Notes: generated by a model not told the origin, from the sequence alone. Positions 1 to 8,324 are shown, counted from the first letter of the stretch. The stretch: DNA of 35,937 bases from a virus (IMGVR_UViG_3300031965_000094:1-35937), one strand, 5' to 3'. Numbers and translations are program-made.

Positions 1-127
1 GCCGCGGCGACGGTAGAGACCTTCGCTTACGCCAACGGCATCGCCGAGGTCGGAACGAAGCTGACCGAGGGCCAGAAGGTCCAAGCCCGGTATGGGTCGA
101 TCATGGCCCAGACCGCTCAGGTGCAAG
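1..127. repeat. Terminal direct repeat, left copy (circular assembly overlap)
   Basis: Bases 1-127 are identical to 35811-35937; the repeat lies mid-gene and 127 is a common assembler k-mer size. Confidence 0.95.
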
Positions 128-1392
128 GCGACTTCACCAACACCTCCGACGAGCTGGCAAACGCCACTCGTATCGCCAACGCTCAGATGGAGAACTCCAA
201 GGCGATCATCGGCCAGGCGCTCAAGGGTGCTTACGCGGCAGCCCTTCCCTTACAGGTTGGATTAGCCAAGGCCGCTGCCGCCACAGCCATCGCCTTCATG
301 GAGCTGACGGGGCAAATCTCTGAGATGGAGGCTCAGGTCCTCAAGTTCAATCAATCCACCGGTGGCTCTGTCGACACCCTCGATGAACTGACCAAGAATC
401 TCAGTCAAGAAAAAGACATGATGCGTGTCCTCCGGGAGGAGACAGAGGAGACATGGTCGGGCCACGCAAGGTTCGAGGACATTCTCAAGTCGGTCAGAGA
501 CCAACTGATCGCACAGCCTGGGTCGTTGGATCTGGTTTCTCGTTCTGCTCAGGAACTTCGCCATGAGGCCGAGGAGCTTGGCAGGCAGTACGGGTGGACC
601 AAGGACCAGACCCAAGAGTACGTTGACATGCTCCTCTTTCAACAGGAGGTTCAGTCGGACACCGGGTCCGGCGATGCCTGGCTGGATAGCCTTCTCAACC
701 AGGGCGAAGCTGTCGAGGAGTTGGCGGAGGAAACCGAGGAAGCGACCACTGCCCTCCAGGACTTCGAGTCTGAGGTCCGTTCCCAGACCGACCCGTTGTT
801 CAACCTGGTCAACAAGACTGATGAACTTGCTGCTGCTCAGGATGCCGTTACCGCGGCAGCGAAGAAGTACAAGATTGGTTCCCCGGAGCACCGCGAAGCG
901 TTACGTGACGAGTATCTGGCGTGGGAGAATCTGAAGGCTGCACAGATCAGAGCAGCGGAACAGTCGGGGCTCACCAAGGAAGCCTTCATGGGGGACTTGG
1001 CTGCGACGGGTCGGTTCACCAAAGAAGAAATCGACCTGATAATCGCCGACTTCGAGCGGGTCAACGCCTTCAAGTTCAGCGGGAAGAAAATCACCATTCA
1101 GGTACAAGGTGGCAGCAGCGTCTTGAAGCTGTTAGCCAAGGGTGGCCCGGTCAAAAAGGATGAGCCCGTCATCGTCGGTGAAGAAGGCCCGGAGCTGTTC
1201 CAACCCGACCAGTCGGGAACCGTCGTCCCTAACGGCAGCAATGGGAGTTCGGTTGGGGGCGGAGCAGTCGGAGGAATCATCCTCAACGTTTACGCCGGTA
1301 TGGGCGCGGATGGCTCTCAGATCGGGAGAGAAATCATCGAAGCGATCCGGTCCTATGAACGTCAGAACGGTTCCCTCTGGCGGTCGGCGTGA
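1..1392 (+). CDS. Tail tape measure protein, C-terminal part (continues from 35295 across the junction, about 635 aa total)
   Basis: Frame 1 is open from base 1; helical Ala/Glu-rich; C-terminal AKGGPV...VGEEGPELFQP motif typical of tape measure proteins. Confidence 0.9.
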   Translation, partial: AAATVETFAYANGIAEVGTKLTEGQKVQARYGSIMAQTAQVQGDFTNTSDELANATRIANAQMENSKAIIGQALKGAYAAALPLQVGLAKAAAATAIAFMELTGQISEMEAQVLKFNQSTGGSVDTLDELTKNLSQEKDMMRVLREETEETWSGHARFEDILKSVRDQLIAQPGSLDLVSRSAQELRHEAEELGRQYGWTKDQTQEYVDMLLFQQEVQSDTGSGDAWLDSLLNQGEAVEELAEETEEATTALQDFESEVRSQTDPLFNLVNKTDELAAAQDAVTAAAKKYKIGSPEHREALRDEYLAWENLKAAQIRAAEQSGLTKEAFMGDLAATGRFTKEEIDLIIADFERVNAFKFSGKKITIQVQGGSSVLKLLAKGGPVKKDEPVIVGEEGPELFQPDQSGTVVPNGSNGSSVGGGAVGGIILNVYAGMGADGSQIGREIIEAIRSYERQNGSLWRSA

Positions 1393-2615
1393 CCCTCCCC
1401 GTCACCCAGGTTTTCATCTGGTTCGACCTCTCGGCAACGGGTGGAGATTTCTTCACCCTCAACCACCCGTCCAAGGGGATGCTGGATAACACCAACTTCA
1501 AACTGGCCGGGGACTTCCAAACCGAAGTCACCGACGATGTTGAGGATCTCAACTTCAGGCGGGGCCGATCCCGGGTCCTTGACGAGATACCAGCCGGGAC
1601 CGGCTCGGTCAGGTTCTTAAACCCCAACCGTGACTACGACCCTTTCTACGCGTCTTCACCCTACGCCGGGAACATCGTTCCCGGGAAACGGATCAAGGTC
1701 ACTTCCAACTCCACGCCCATCTTTGACGGGTTGATAGGCGACTGGACTTTCGATTACGACGAGGCACAACTGACCTTCGCCACTGCCATTATGGAGGATG
1801 GGTTAGCCGCCCTGGGTCGCAAACGGTTCTCGGCGTGGACCACCACACAGGAGACGCCGGGAGCAAGAATCAATGCTGTCCTCGACAGGTCCGAAGTCGC
1901 CTACACGGAGAACCGTGACATCGACGACGGGGTAGAAACCCTCCAGGCCGACAACGTGTCGTTCGGTTCCAACGTTCTCAATTACCTGCAGTTGGTGAAC
2001 CGTTCCGACGCCGGAAGATTCTTCGCAGCTCGGGACGGGACGATCACCTTTCGGGACCGGACCACCATTCTCAATTCGATGGCTGCGGCCCAGTTCTCCG
2101 ATACCGGGTCAGGTATACCGTTTGCATCTCTCAGTTTCGCTAGGGGTTCGGAGTTCTTATACAACCGGGTCACGGTCGACCGTGAGGGGGGAATCGCTCA
2201 GACCGTTTCCGATACGGACTCCGCGAAAGCTTTCGGAATCCGGGCCCTGTCCGAGACCGGGCTGTTATTGAACTCTGACACCCGGTCCTTGGCGTTCGCC
2301 GAATACCTGCTCAACCTCTACAAAGACCCCGAGGTCAGGATTGCGTCCCTCGAGATCGACCTGGCCGGGTTGTCGTCGGACTTGGTAGAGGCGGTGCTGG
2401 ACCTCGACTCGGGGTCGCTGGTATCCATCACCTTCACCCCCGACGCGATTGGCGATCCCATCCAGAAGTTCGCCTTGGTCGAGGGCATCGCCCACCGGAT
2501 AACCGGCAGTTCGCATACCGTCACCCTGTCCCTCGGTGCAGCGGACATCCGTTCTTTCCTTCAACTCGACGAACCCGAATTCGGGAAGCTCGACTCCAAC
2601 CTACTCGCCTTCTAA
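1389..2615 (+). CDS. Minor tail / baseplate hub protein
   Basis: 408 aa, GTGA-coupled to the tape measure gene; RRGRSR, GRFFAARDGTITFRDR and terminal LDEPEFGKLDSNLL patterns resemble actinobacterial siphophage tail-tip proteins. Confidence 0.75.
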   Translation: MTLPVTQVFIWFDLSATGGDFFTLNHPSKGMLDNTNFKLAGDFQTEVTDDVEDLNFRRGRSRVLDEIPAGTGSVRFLNPNRDYDPFYASSPYAGNIVPGKRIKVTSNSTPIFDGLIGDWTFDYDEAQLTFATAIMEDGLAALGRKRFSAWTTTQETPGARINAVLDRSEVAYTENRDIDDGVETLQADNVSFGSNVLNYLQLVNRSDAGRFFAARDGTITFRDRTTILNSMAAAQFSDTGSGIPFASLSFARGSEFLYNRVTVDREGGIAQTVSDTDSAKAFGIRALSETGLLLNSDTRSLAFAEYLLNLYKDPEVRIASLEIDLAGLSSDLVEAVLDLDSGSLVSITFTPDAIGDPIQKFALVEGIAHRITGSSHTVTLSLGAADIRSFLQLDEPEFGKLDSNLLAF

Positions 2616-2626
2616 GGAGGTAACTG

Positions 2627-3079
2627 ATGTCTAGACCAGGTGAATTCGTCGCGGGTGATGTGCTCGCTGCGTCCGAAATCAACGCCTTGCCGGGAGGCGT
2701 CTACGGTTATGCGGAAAGAACCTCATCTCAGACGGGTATCACCTCAATAACCGATCTGACCGGGCTGTCGGTGACGGTCATCCTTCCAGCCTCCCGTCGA
2801 ATTAAGATCTCGGCTCAAGTCCGCACTCAACAGCAGACGAGCGGTGGGAGGATAATTGGCCAAATCCAAGAAAGCACTACTGTTCTCGGTACGTTTGCGG
2901 ATGACGGCAACGTGGCAGCAGCTATAAGGGTGCTAGCCTCCGGTTCGGCTGTCATCACCCCGTCGTCGGGTTCACATACCTACAAGCTGACACTGAGCAC
3001 CTCGGGCGGTTCTGTTGATGCTATCGCTGGTGCCACAAGTCCGAACTTTATCGTCGTTGAAGACCTCGGTGCCGTCTAG
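2627..3079 (+). CDS. Small tail fibre / minor tail protein
   Basis: AAGGAGG RBS; N-terminal FVAGDVLAASEIN motif common in actinophage tail proteins; Ser/Thr-rich beta domain. Confidence 0.65.
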   Translation: MSRPGEFVAGDVLAASEINALPGGVYGYAERTSSQTGITSITDLTGLSVTVILPASRRIKISAQVRTQQQTSGGRIIGQIQESTTVLGTFADDGNVAAAIRVLASGSAVITPSSGSHTYKLTLSTSGGSVDAIAGATSPNFIVVEDLGAV

Positions 3080-4350
3080 TCGTCCAACCGCACAGAGAAC
3101 ACCCGGCCCGGCGTAGTGGTCGGCCCTGTCCCGTCCGCGGAGACTTCGGAGACCAGCATTGCCAACTCACCGGCCGGGGCGTGCGGGTCGTAGGTTGGTT
3201 CCCAATCCCCGAAGCCACCGCCCAACACAACGACCTCAGCCCCGGTCGTCACGTTGATAGCCCGCAGCGGCTTGTCACCATCCCCCGCCCAATACAGAAC
3301 CCAGACCGAGGAGCCGTCAAAGAACACGGACGGACGGGACACGTATCGTTCAGCAGCGTACGCGTTGAGATTCAGGTCGAGAACCAGGTTGGTTAGCGAC
3401 TTCCAATGCCAGACACGCCCATCATGGTAAACGTGGTAGACCTGGGTTACGCCGCGATGGTCATCCATCAGGAAAGCCCCATGCGGGTTCCCTTCACCGT
3501 CAACGGCTAACCCGCTCGCGTTGAGCAACCCCGAACTCTTGTCAGGAGTGTTCACGACAATCTCCACGGCGGGATGAGTGATCGGCAAGGTGTAGGGGTT
3601 CCCTTGCGAATCTGTCCACGTCCGAGCGCCATCGACAGACCGCGCATAGGAGATGTCGTTGTTCGTGGTCGGCCCATGATGGCGCCACATCATCATCACA
3701 TGAATCGTCCCGTCGTTCCCAACACCGACTCGGTTGAGATAAGTGGCCTCTCCCGTGGCTTTCCCGTTGATCAGGTACGCCCGCCGCTCCCATGTTTGGG
3801 AATGGTGGTCGTAAGCGTTGACGTTCGTTCGCGAGCTGCTGGCACCGCCAAGCCGGAAGAAGAACAGCAACTCGTCGTCGGCTAAGACGAATTGGGGGTA
3901 GGTCACACTGGTCTCCTGTGCCCCCACCATCCCCGGTGCTGTCCAGGCGGTGATATCTCCACTCCGAACAGACCGGACATATCGGAGTTCATCTGAGTGC
4001 ATGTTGCCGGAAACGTGAATGTGTCCCGCAGGGTCGGTGGCTACAGCCAGCACATTGTGATTGTCGAGCGCGATTGGTGAAGCCAGAGGATTGCCGGGAA
4101 CGTCCGCCAAGTCGAATGTCGCCCACGTCCCATCCAGGCTCCGGGCTCCGATTATCGGGTGACGTTCGTCGTCCACCCACACCGCATATTGAACGTCGCC
4201 GTCAGTCCATAGATTCTGGGTGAACGAAGTCCCGTTCCAAGCGTGCTGACCGCTCAACATTCCGGGAAGCTGAGAATCGACCGGGGCGATCGCCGTGAGT
4301 GGCTGAGCGCAGGCAGTAACCAGGAGAAGGAAGGCTAAGAACCGTCTCAC
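3076..4350 (-). CDS. BNR-4 repeat (beta-propeller) lipoprotein, moron
   Basis: GTG at 4350 with GGAGG RBS gives MRRFLAFLLLVTAC (signal peptide with lipobox); DNHNVLAVATDPAGHIHVSGNMH, VTYPQF, FFFRLG and YARSVDGARTW (Asp-box) motifs of the BNR_4 family. Confidence 0.75.
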   Translation of the reverse strand: MRRFLAFLLLVTACAQPLTAIAPVDSQLPGMLSGQHAWNGTSFTQNLWTDGDVQYAVWVDDERHPIIGARSLDGTWATFDLADVPGNPLASPIALDNHNVLAVATDPAGHIHVSGNMHSDELRYVRSVRSGDITAWTAPGMVGAQETSVTYPQFVLADDELLFFFRLGGASSSRTNVNAYDHHSQTWERRAYLINGKATGEATYLNRVGVGNDGTIHVMMMWRHHGPTTNNDISYARSVDGARTWTDSQGNPYTLPITHPAVEIVVNTPDKSSGLLNASGLAVDGEGNPHGAFLMDDHRGVTQVYHVYHDGRVWHWKSLTNLVLDLNLNAYAAERYVSRPSVFFDGSSVWVLYWAGDGDKPLRAINVTTGAEVVVLGGGFGDWEPTYDPHAPAGELAMLVSEVSADGTGPTTTPGRVFSVRLDD

Positions 4351-4433
4351 TTCGCCTCCCCGCTGCACACTCCGACCCTGGGGTCGTAGGTGAGGTTTCC
4401 GCAGGACGGGCATCGGATAACTACTGTGCTCAT
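4347..4433 (-). CDS. 28-aa leader micro-ORF MSTVVIRCPSCGNLTYDPRVGVCSGEAK
   Basis: AAGGAG RBS before the ATG; TGA overlaps the BNR GTG start (GTGA); not in the ORF track. Confidence 0.5.
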   Translation of the reverse strand: MSTVVIRCPSCGNLTYDPRVGVCSGEAK

Positions 4434-4497
4434 GTCGGCACTCCTTGGGTGTCGGCCATGCGCCCGGCTATTTGCGTAGTGCGGGCGCTTTCAATTT
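4422..4497 (+). ncRNA. Candidate cis-antisense RNA / terminator (two hairpins plus T-tract)
   Basis: TACTGT -10-like box at 4422-4427; hairpin CATGTCGGCACTC/GGGTGTCGGCCATG (G-U pairs work on + only); hairpin GCGCCCG/CGGGCGC followed by TTTCAATTT. Confidence 0.45.
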
Positions 4498-4504
4498 CTC
4501 AGTG

Positions 4505-4532
4505 TATCGGCTGTTTCGGCGTATGACTTGAG
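4505..4532 (-). promoter_or_regulatory. sigma28 (FliA/WhiG)-like promoter for the moron
   Basis: Minus strand reads CTCA-N17-GCCGATA; GCCGATA matches the sigma28 -10 consensus GCCGATAA. Confidence 0.4.
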
Positions 4533-4542
4533 GGGGTTCTAG

Positions 4543-5364
4543 ATGTCCCTACGCACCGAGCTCGAAGCAGCCGGGCTCAACGTCCGGGTCGTAGACGGAT
4601 GGGGCACCCGCGGCGGTGCGTGGGCTGCAGGCAAGCCGGTAGGCGTGATGCAGCATCACACATCGGCCCCGGTTCCCTTCCCGGTGTCCAAGCTCTACGG
4701 GGATCTGCTCAAGGCCAACATCAACACCAAGCCGGACGGCACGGTGTGGCTGATCGCTCAGAAGGCGTGCAACTTCAGTTCGGGATCCGGGTCTGCCGTG
4801 GTGCTCTCAGAGGTCCGCGCCGGTCAACCACCGACACAGAACGCCAAGCAGCGCGGCCTACCCGACGACATGGGTGGCAACGCCTACTTCTTCAACTTCG
4901 AGAACGACCACGCGGGCGACGGAGGACCTCTCCCCTCAGTCCAGTTCGACGCCATCGTGGTTGCGACCCGTGTTGTCCTGGACCACTACGGACTGACCGC
5001 GGGGAATGTGATCTCCCATGCCGAGTGGACCGCCCGCAAGAACGACCCGAACTGGAACGGCTCAAACCGGGCCACAGATGCAATCCGTCAAGCATTGGAG
5101 GATGACATGCCACTATCACAAGAGGACAAAGACTGGATTGTCGCTGCCGTCAGCGGCGACAACATCGAACAGACAAATTCGGTGTGGCAACGGTACGCAA
5201 TTCGCAACTCTGCCGGTGACTTGGTGCCGCTCATTGCCGCCATCCAGTTTGTATACCAGCGGTTGGAGAAGGGCGGGAGTGTGGCCGCCGAGGTGAGCGA
5301 CCTCGCCGAAATGATTAACGCCCAACCCCAAGCCGTCATCGACCTGCTCAAAGCGAAGCTGTGA
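4543..5364 (+). CDS. Endolysin, N-acetylmuramoyl-L-alanine amidase (Amidase_2 type)
   Basis: MQHHT, DGTVWLIA, FEND, SHAEWT..KNDP zinc-amidase motifs. Confidence 0.88.
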   Translation: MSLRTELEAAGLNVRVVDGWGTRGGAWAAGKPVGVMQHHTSAPVPFPVSKLYGDLLKANINTKPDGTVWLIAQKACNFSSGSGSAVVLSEVRAGQPPTQNAKQRGLPDDMGGNAYFFNFENDHAGDGGPLPSVQFDAIVVATRVVLDHYGLTAGNVISHAEWTARKNDPNWNGSNRATDAIRQALEDDMPLSQEDKDWIVAAVSGDNIEQTNSVWQRYAIRNSAGDLVPLIAAIQFVYQRLEKGGSVAAEVSDLAEMINAQPQAVIDLLKAKL

Positions 5365-5369
5365 TGTAG

Positions 5370-5552
5370 GTGGGTTGGGAAGGGATCTTCGATGCCTCGC
5401 CCGAGTGTGGCGTTCTGGGTTTAATCATCGGCTTCCTGGTTTTTCTGCTGCGCCGCGAAACGGCTGACCGCAACTACTGGCGGAGCAAAACAATGGACGC
5501 TCTCGGTCTCGGCCAGGAGGTGGCGAAAGTGGCTAAGGACCTCGTCGAATGA
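5370..5552 (+). CDS. Small membrane protein in lysis cassette
   Basis: Single hydrophobic segment GVLGLIIGFLVFLL; follows the endolysin. Confidence 0.6.
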   Translation: MGWEGIFDASPECGVLGLIIGFLVFLLRRETADRNYWRSKTMDALGLGQEVAKVAKDLVE

Positions 5553-5689
5553 TCGCCTGGCTGCGCAGGCTGTTCAAGATCGAACACGACCGTCTCCACC
5601 TGGAAGCTGAGAGACGAGAGGAACAGTTGCGCATCGAACTGCATCAGCTTCGACGGCTACGGGCAGAGAGGAGGGGCAGTGGTGCCTGA
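5549..5689 (+). CDS. 46-aa charged protein (MIAWLRRLFKIEH...)
   Basis: ATGA-coupled to the upstream gene, AAGGA RBS; fills the gap; not in the ORF track. Confidence 0.5.
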   Translation: MIAWLRRLFKIEHDRLHLEAERREEQLRIELHQLRRLRAERRGSGA

Positions 5690-6017
5690 TTACGTCATCT
5701 GGATATTCGCCGGGATCATGGTGGTGGGTTGGGTGATGGTCACCTGGACTCTCGGCCAAGCCTTGGTCAACCACCGTGTTACCAACGACCCGGAGCTGAG
5801 ACGGTTCGCCCGAATCAAACTGATTCGGGAGTCGATCCTCTGGGTCGCACAGTCCTCCCTGTTCGCGGTGTTCCTCATCGCTGCCCTGATCCCTCCACCC
5901 CGTCCGCCCACCGTCGGGTTCATCATCATCTACGGGCTCCTGGTGGGCTCGGCGGCCATCGCCTTGCTGTCCTATCACGACTACCGGGAGATGCGCATCT
6001 TCTTCGGCGATAGTTGA
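5679..6017 (+). CDS. Three-TM membrane protein, lysis cassette
   Basis: GAGGAGG RBS; three hydrophobic stretches. Confidence 0.65.
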   Translation: MVPDYVIWIFAGIMVVGWVMVTWTLGQALVNHRVTNDPELRRFARIKLIRESILWVAQSSLFAVFLIAALIPPPRPPTVGFIIIYGLLVGSAAIALLSYHDYREMRIFFGDS

Positions 6018-6089
6018 TGGGTCGCCCCTGGGCGTTCCTCAGAGTCTTATTCGAGCGATTCGACATCCACCAACCAGAAAGGCAACCGT

Positions 6090-6224
6090 ATGAACCTCCT
6101 CCTATTAGCGGCGATCATTTTGCTCGCCCTGCAGGCCTTCGGAGTGAACGCTCCCCGCGTCTCTCTCGGATGGCTCGGGCTCGCGTTGTGGGCGTTGAGC
6201 ACGGCCGTGAGCGTGTCGGTATGA
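6090..6224 (+). CDS. 44-aa two-TM membrane peptide (MNLLLLAAIILLALQAFG...)
   Basis: AGAAAGG RBS; TGA overlaps the holin ATG; not in the ORF track. Confidence 0.6.
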   Translation: MNLLLLAAIILLALQAFGVNAPRVSLGWLGLALWALSTAVSVSV

Positions 6225-6442
6225 CCTCCTGGTCCTTCTGGCGACAATCGATCGAGCGAGCGGTGAAGACCGCGGCACAGTTCGCCCTGGTGTTCACCGG
6301 CGCGGACGCCTTCTCGATCCTAGAGATGGACATCGTGACCGCCGGCGGGTTCGCCCTCGCCGGGGCGGTGGTCTCGATTCTCACCTCGGTCGCTTCCGCC
6401 CCGTTCGCAGAGACCGGGACGCCTTCGATGGTCGAGCAATGA
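6221..6442 (+). CDS. Holin, r1t-like family
   Basis: FWRQSIERAVKTAAQ...AVVSILTSVAS motif of r1t holins; start reassigned to ATG 6221. Confidence 0.85.
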   Translation: MTSWSFWRQSIERAVKTAAQFALVFTGADAFSILEMDIVTAGGFALAGAVVSILTSVASAPFAETGTPSMVEQ

Positions 6443-6660
6443 GCACGAACCCGAATCCGGAGCAGTGGTATGTCTGGCTGGTCTGGTACTACGAAGACAC
6501 GGTTGAGGTTGGTGACCGCGGACCTATGCTCATTGTCGGCGTCTTCTCCTCAAGGGACAAGGCACTGGAGGCCGCGCGTTCGGGTTGCGCCATCACCATG
6601 TTGTCCCTAGATGATGCCGTGGTCGGAAGGGTCAACCTTCCGGTGGAGTGGGTGTCTTAG
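6439..6660 (+). CDS. Hypothetical protein
   Basis: ATGA-coupled 73-aa ORF; GVFSSRDKA motif common in small phage proteins. Confidence 0.6.
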   Translation: MSTNPNPEQWYVWLVWYYEDTVEVGDRGPMLIVGVFSSRDKALEAARSGCAITMLSLDDAVVGRVNLPVEWVS

Positions 6661-6667
6661 GTCAACC

Positions 6668-6967
6668 ATGTTCCAGCGTCACCTGACCCGCGCCCAGTGG
6701 ATAATGATCGTGCTGATGGGCATCGCCTTCGCCGCCCTGATCGGGTGGCTGGTGGTCGAGCTTTCAGGGATCTTCGGAGGCACCGCAGAATCAACGTTCA
6801 GTGAGTGGGTGTTCGACCTCCACATCTCGGCGGTGATCGCGGTGGCTCTGCTCTTCGTGGTCACCGGGATTCTCTTCGTCTGGTCCGCCGGGCACTTCAT
6901 CGAAGGCTACGCACGGAGACGCCGGATCGAAGCGAGAACCAAGCATCTGAGTGCCAGCGACGACTGA
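6668..6967 (+). CDS. Two-TM membrane protein
   Basis: ATG at 6668; two hydrophobic helices around TFSEWV. Confidence 0.6.
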   Translation: MFQRHLTRAQWIMIVLMGIAFAALIGWLVVELSGIFGGTAESTFSEWVFDLHISAVIAVALLFVVTGILFVWSAGHFIEGYARRRRIEARTKHLSASDD

Positions 6968-7065
6968 AACGGCGCTCTAGGGCAACCTCAGCGACGTAAA
7001 CCGGCTTTAACTACGCCTGGCCTTATTAAAGCCAAACCCGTCCCACGTAAACGCTGGGACCGATC

Positions 7066-7114
7066 AAGACCTTCCGCGCCTTCCTCCCAATTGGGGCGCG
7101 GGAGGTCTTTTCTT
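7066..7114 (+). terminator. Intrinsic terminator between converging late and integrase units
   Basis: AAGACCTTCCGCGCC/GGCGCGGGAGGTCTT stem followed by TTCTT. Confidence 0.75.
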
Positions 7115-7129
7115 CGTCTAGGGGCTTTT

Positions 7130-7933
7130 CTATTCCAGGTAGTCCAAAGAGAACATCGCTTCGGTCAACCTTTGGGCGGTGGTTCGAGTGTAGATCGCTG
7201 TCGTTTCCGGGCGGGAATGCCCCGCGAACTCCTGGGTGGTCCGCAGATCCTTTGTCTGGTCGTTCATCGTCGCCAAGCAGGTGTGCCTCAACATGTGGGG
7301 CCGGGTCAGCCGGATTCCCGCGGCTTCTGACACGTTCTCCACCCACTGCCAGATTGTCGCAGGGTGACAATGGGCTTGGGTCCTTCCTGGAAATACCCAC
7401 CTGTGTGCCGAGGTGTTCGCTGCAAGTTCGCTTTTCAGTGATGGGTGTACCGGCAGGGTGCGCGTCTTGCTCCCCTTGCCGAGGACGGTAACCCATTCCA
7501 GGTTCGCGTCGAAGTTGTCCCACCTGAGCTTCGCGGTTTCGTCGCGTCTCAATCCAAGGTAGAGGCCAAGAAGGACCGCGCCTCCGTCGGGCCACCACCC
7601 GCGTGCGGTTTTGGCTAGAAGCCGGGCGTCGTCCGGTTCCAAACCCCGATAGTGACCGCGTGGTTTCTTGGGTACTCGGATTGCTTTGGCGGGTCCGACT
7701 ACTTCGTGCATCTCCCAGTAGTGGACTAGGGCTGTTCTAAGTTGTCGGCGGGTCGATGAGGTCAGGGTGAACTGGTCGGCGATTACGGCGGCTTGGAGGG
7801 CCGTTAAATGCCGGAGGTCCCAGCCCTGCTGTCGAGCGATCTCAGCAGCCCGATCTAATTTCGCCCGGTAGATCACAACCGTCTTCTGGGAGAGTCCCTG
7901 CGACAGCAGCCAGTCATTGTAGGTGACTGCCAT
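7130..7933 (-). CDS. Tyrosine recombinase/integrase, XerC/D-like
   Basis: GLRRDE (R), GKGSKTR (K), HMLRHT (H-x-x-R), GHS and IYT (Y) catalytic set; 267 aa with no arm-binding domain. Confidence 0.92.
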   Translation of the reverse strand: MAVTYNDWLLSQGLSQKTVVIYRAKLDRAAEIARQQGWDLRHLTALQAAVIADQFTLTSSTRRQLRTALVHYWEMHEVVGPAKAIRVPKKPRGHYRGLEPDDARLLAKTARGWWPDGGAVLLGLYLGLRRDETAKLRWDNFDANLEWVTVLGKGSKTRTLPVHPSLKSELAANTSAHRWVFPGRTQAHCHPATIWQWVENVSEAAGIRLTRPHMLRHTCLATMNDQTKDLRTTQEFAGHSRPETTAIYTRTTAQRLTEAMFSLDYLE

Positions 7934-7946
7934 CTTTGGTGTTAGG

Positions 7947-8324
7947 TTACGCGGCGGCTAGGGGAAGTGGATGGGTCAGTAGACCTAACGGAGAGTGGTT
8001 ATCCCACACTTTGGGTGTTGAGTCGCGATAACCCGGCATAACGCGATTCGCCTGAGCCGCTGCGTTGAAGGTAGCTCCCGGTTCCACGTCTAACCAATCC
8101 TCTGACTGGTTGAGGACGTAGGCGAGGGCGCGCAGTTCGTCCACTTTGATAGGCCGTGCCCCCGCCTCAAGGTTGGAGATGGCGGTACGGGAATAGGTGC
8201 GTCCCAACAGTTCGCCGAGGGCGTCGCCGAGTTCTTCTTGTATCAGGCCGACCCACTCTCGGGCTCGCTCGATGCGGTCGCCCTGTTCTGCCCAGTGGTC
8301 CTGTCCGATCCTTGTAAGCGTCAT
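7947..8324 (-). CDS. Immunity repressor, XRE-family HTH
   Basis: QEELGDAL...YSRTAISNLEAG HTH; ATG 8324 has a GGAGG RBS and lies downstream of the predicted promoter; ends in LAAA. Confidence 0.85.
   Translation of the reverse strand: MTLTRIGQDHWAEQGDRIERAREWVGLIQEELGDALGELLGRTYSRTAISNLEAGARPIKVDELRALAYVLNQSEDWLDVEPGATFNAAAQANRVMPGYRDSTPKVWDNHSPLGLLTHPLPLAAA
8021..8048. other. Candidate attP core, dif-like 11-6-11 site within the repressor gene
   Basis: AGTCGCGATAA-CCCGGC-ATAACGCGATT; arms are 8/11 inverted matches around a 6-bp spacer. Confidence 0.45.

Noticed and set aside
4351-4413. Longer N-terminus of the BNR ORF in the track
   Set aside because: GTG 4350 has the RBS and gives a proper lipoprotein signal; the upstream bases belong to the micro-ORF.
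6014-6220. Long N-terminal extension of the holin
   Set aside because: Holin similarity starts at ATG 6221 and another ORF (6090-6224) occupies the region.
6966-7035. c-di-GMP-I riboswitch or pistol ribozyme
   Set aside because: Only GACGTAAA and a GNRA hairpin resemble them; the other conserved elements and a downstream regulated gene are missing.
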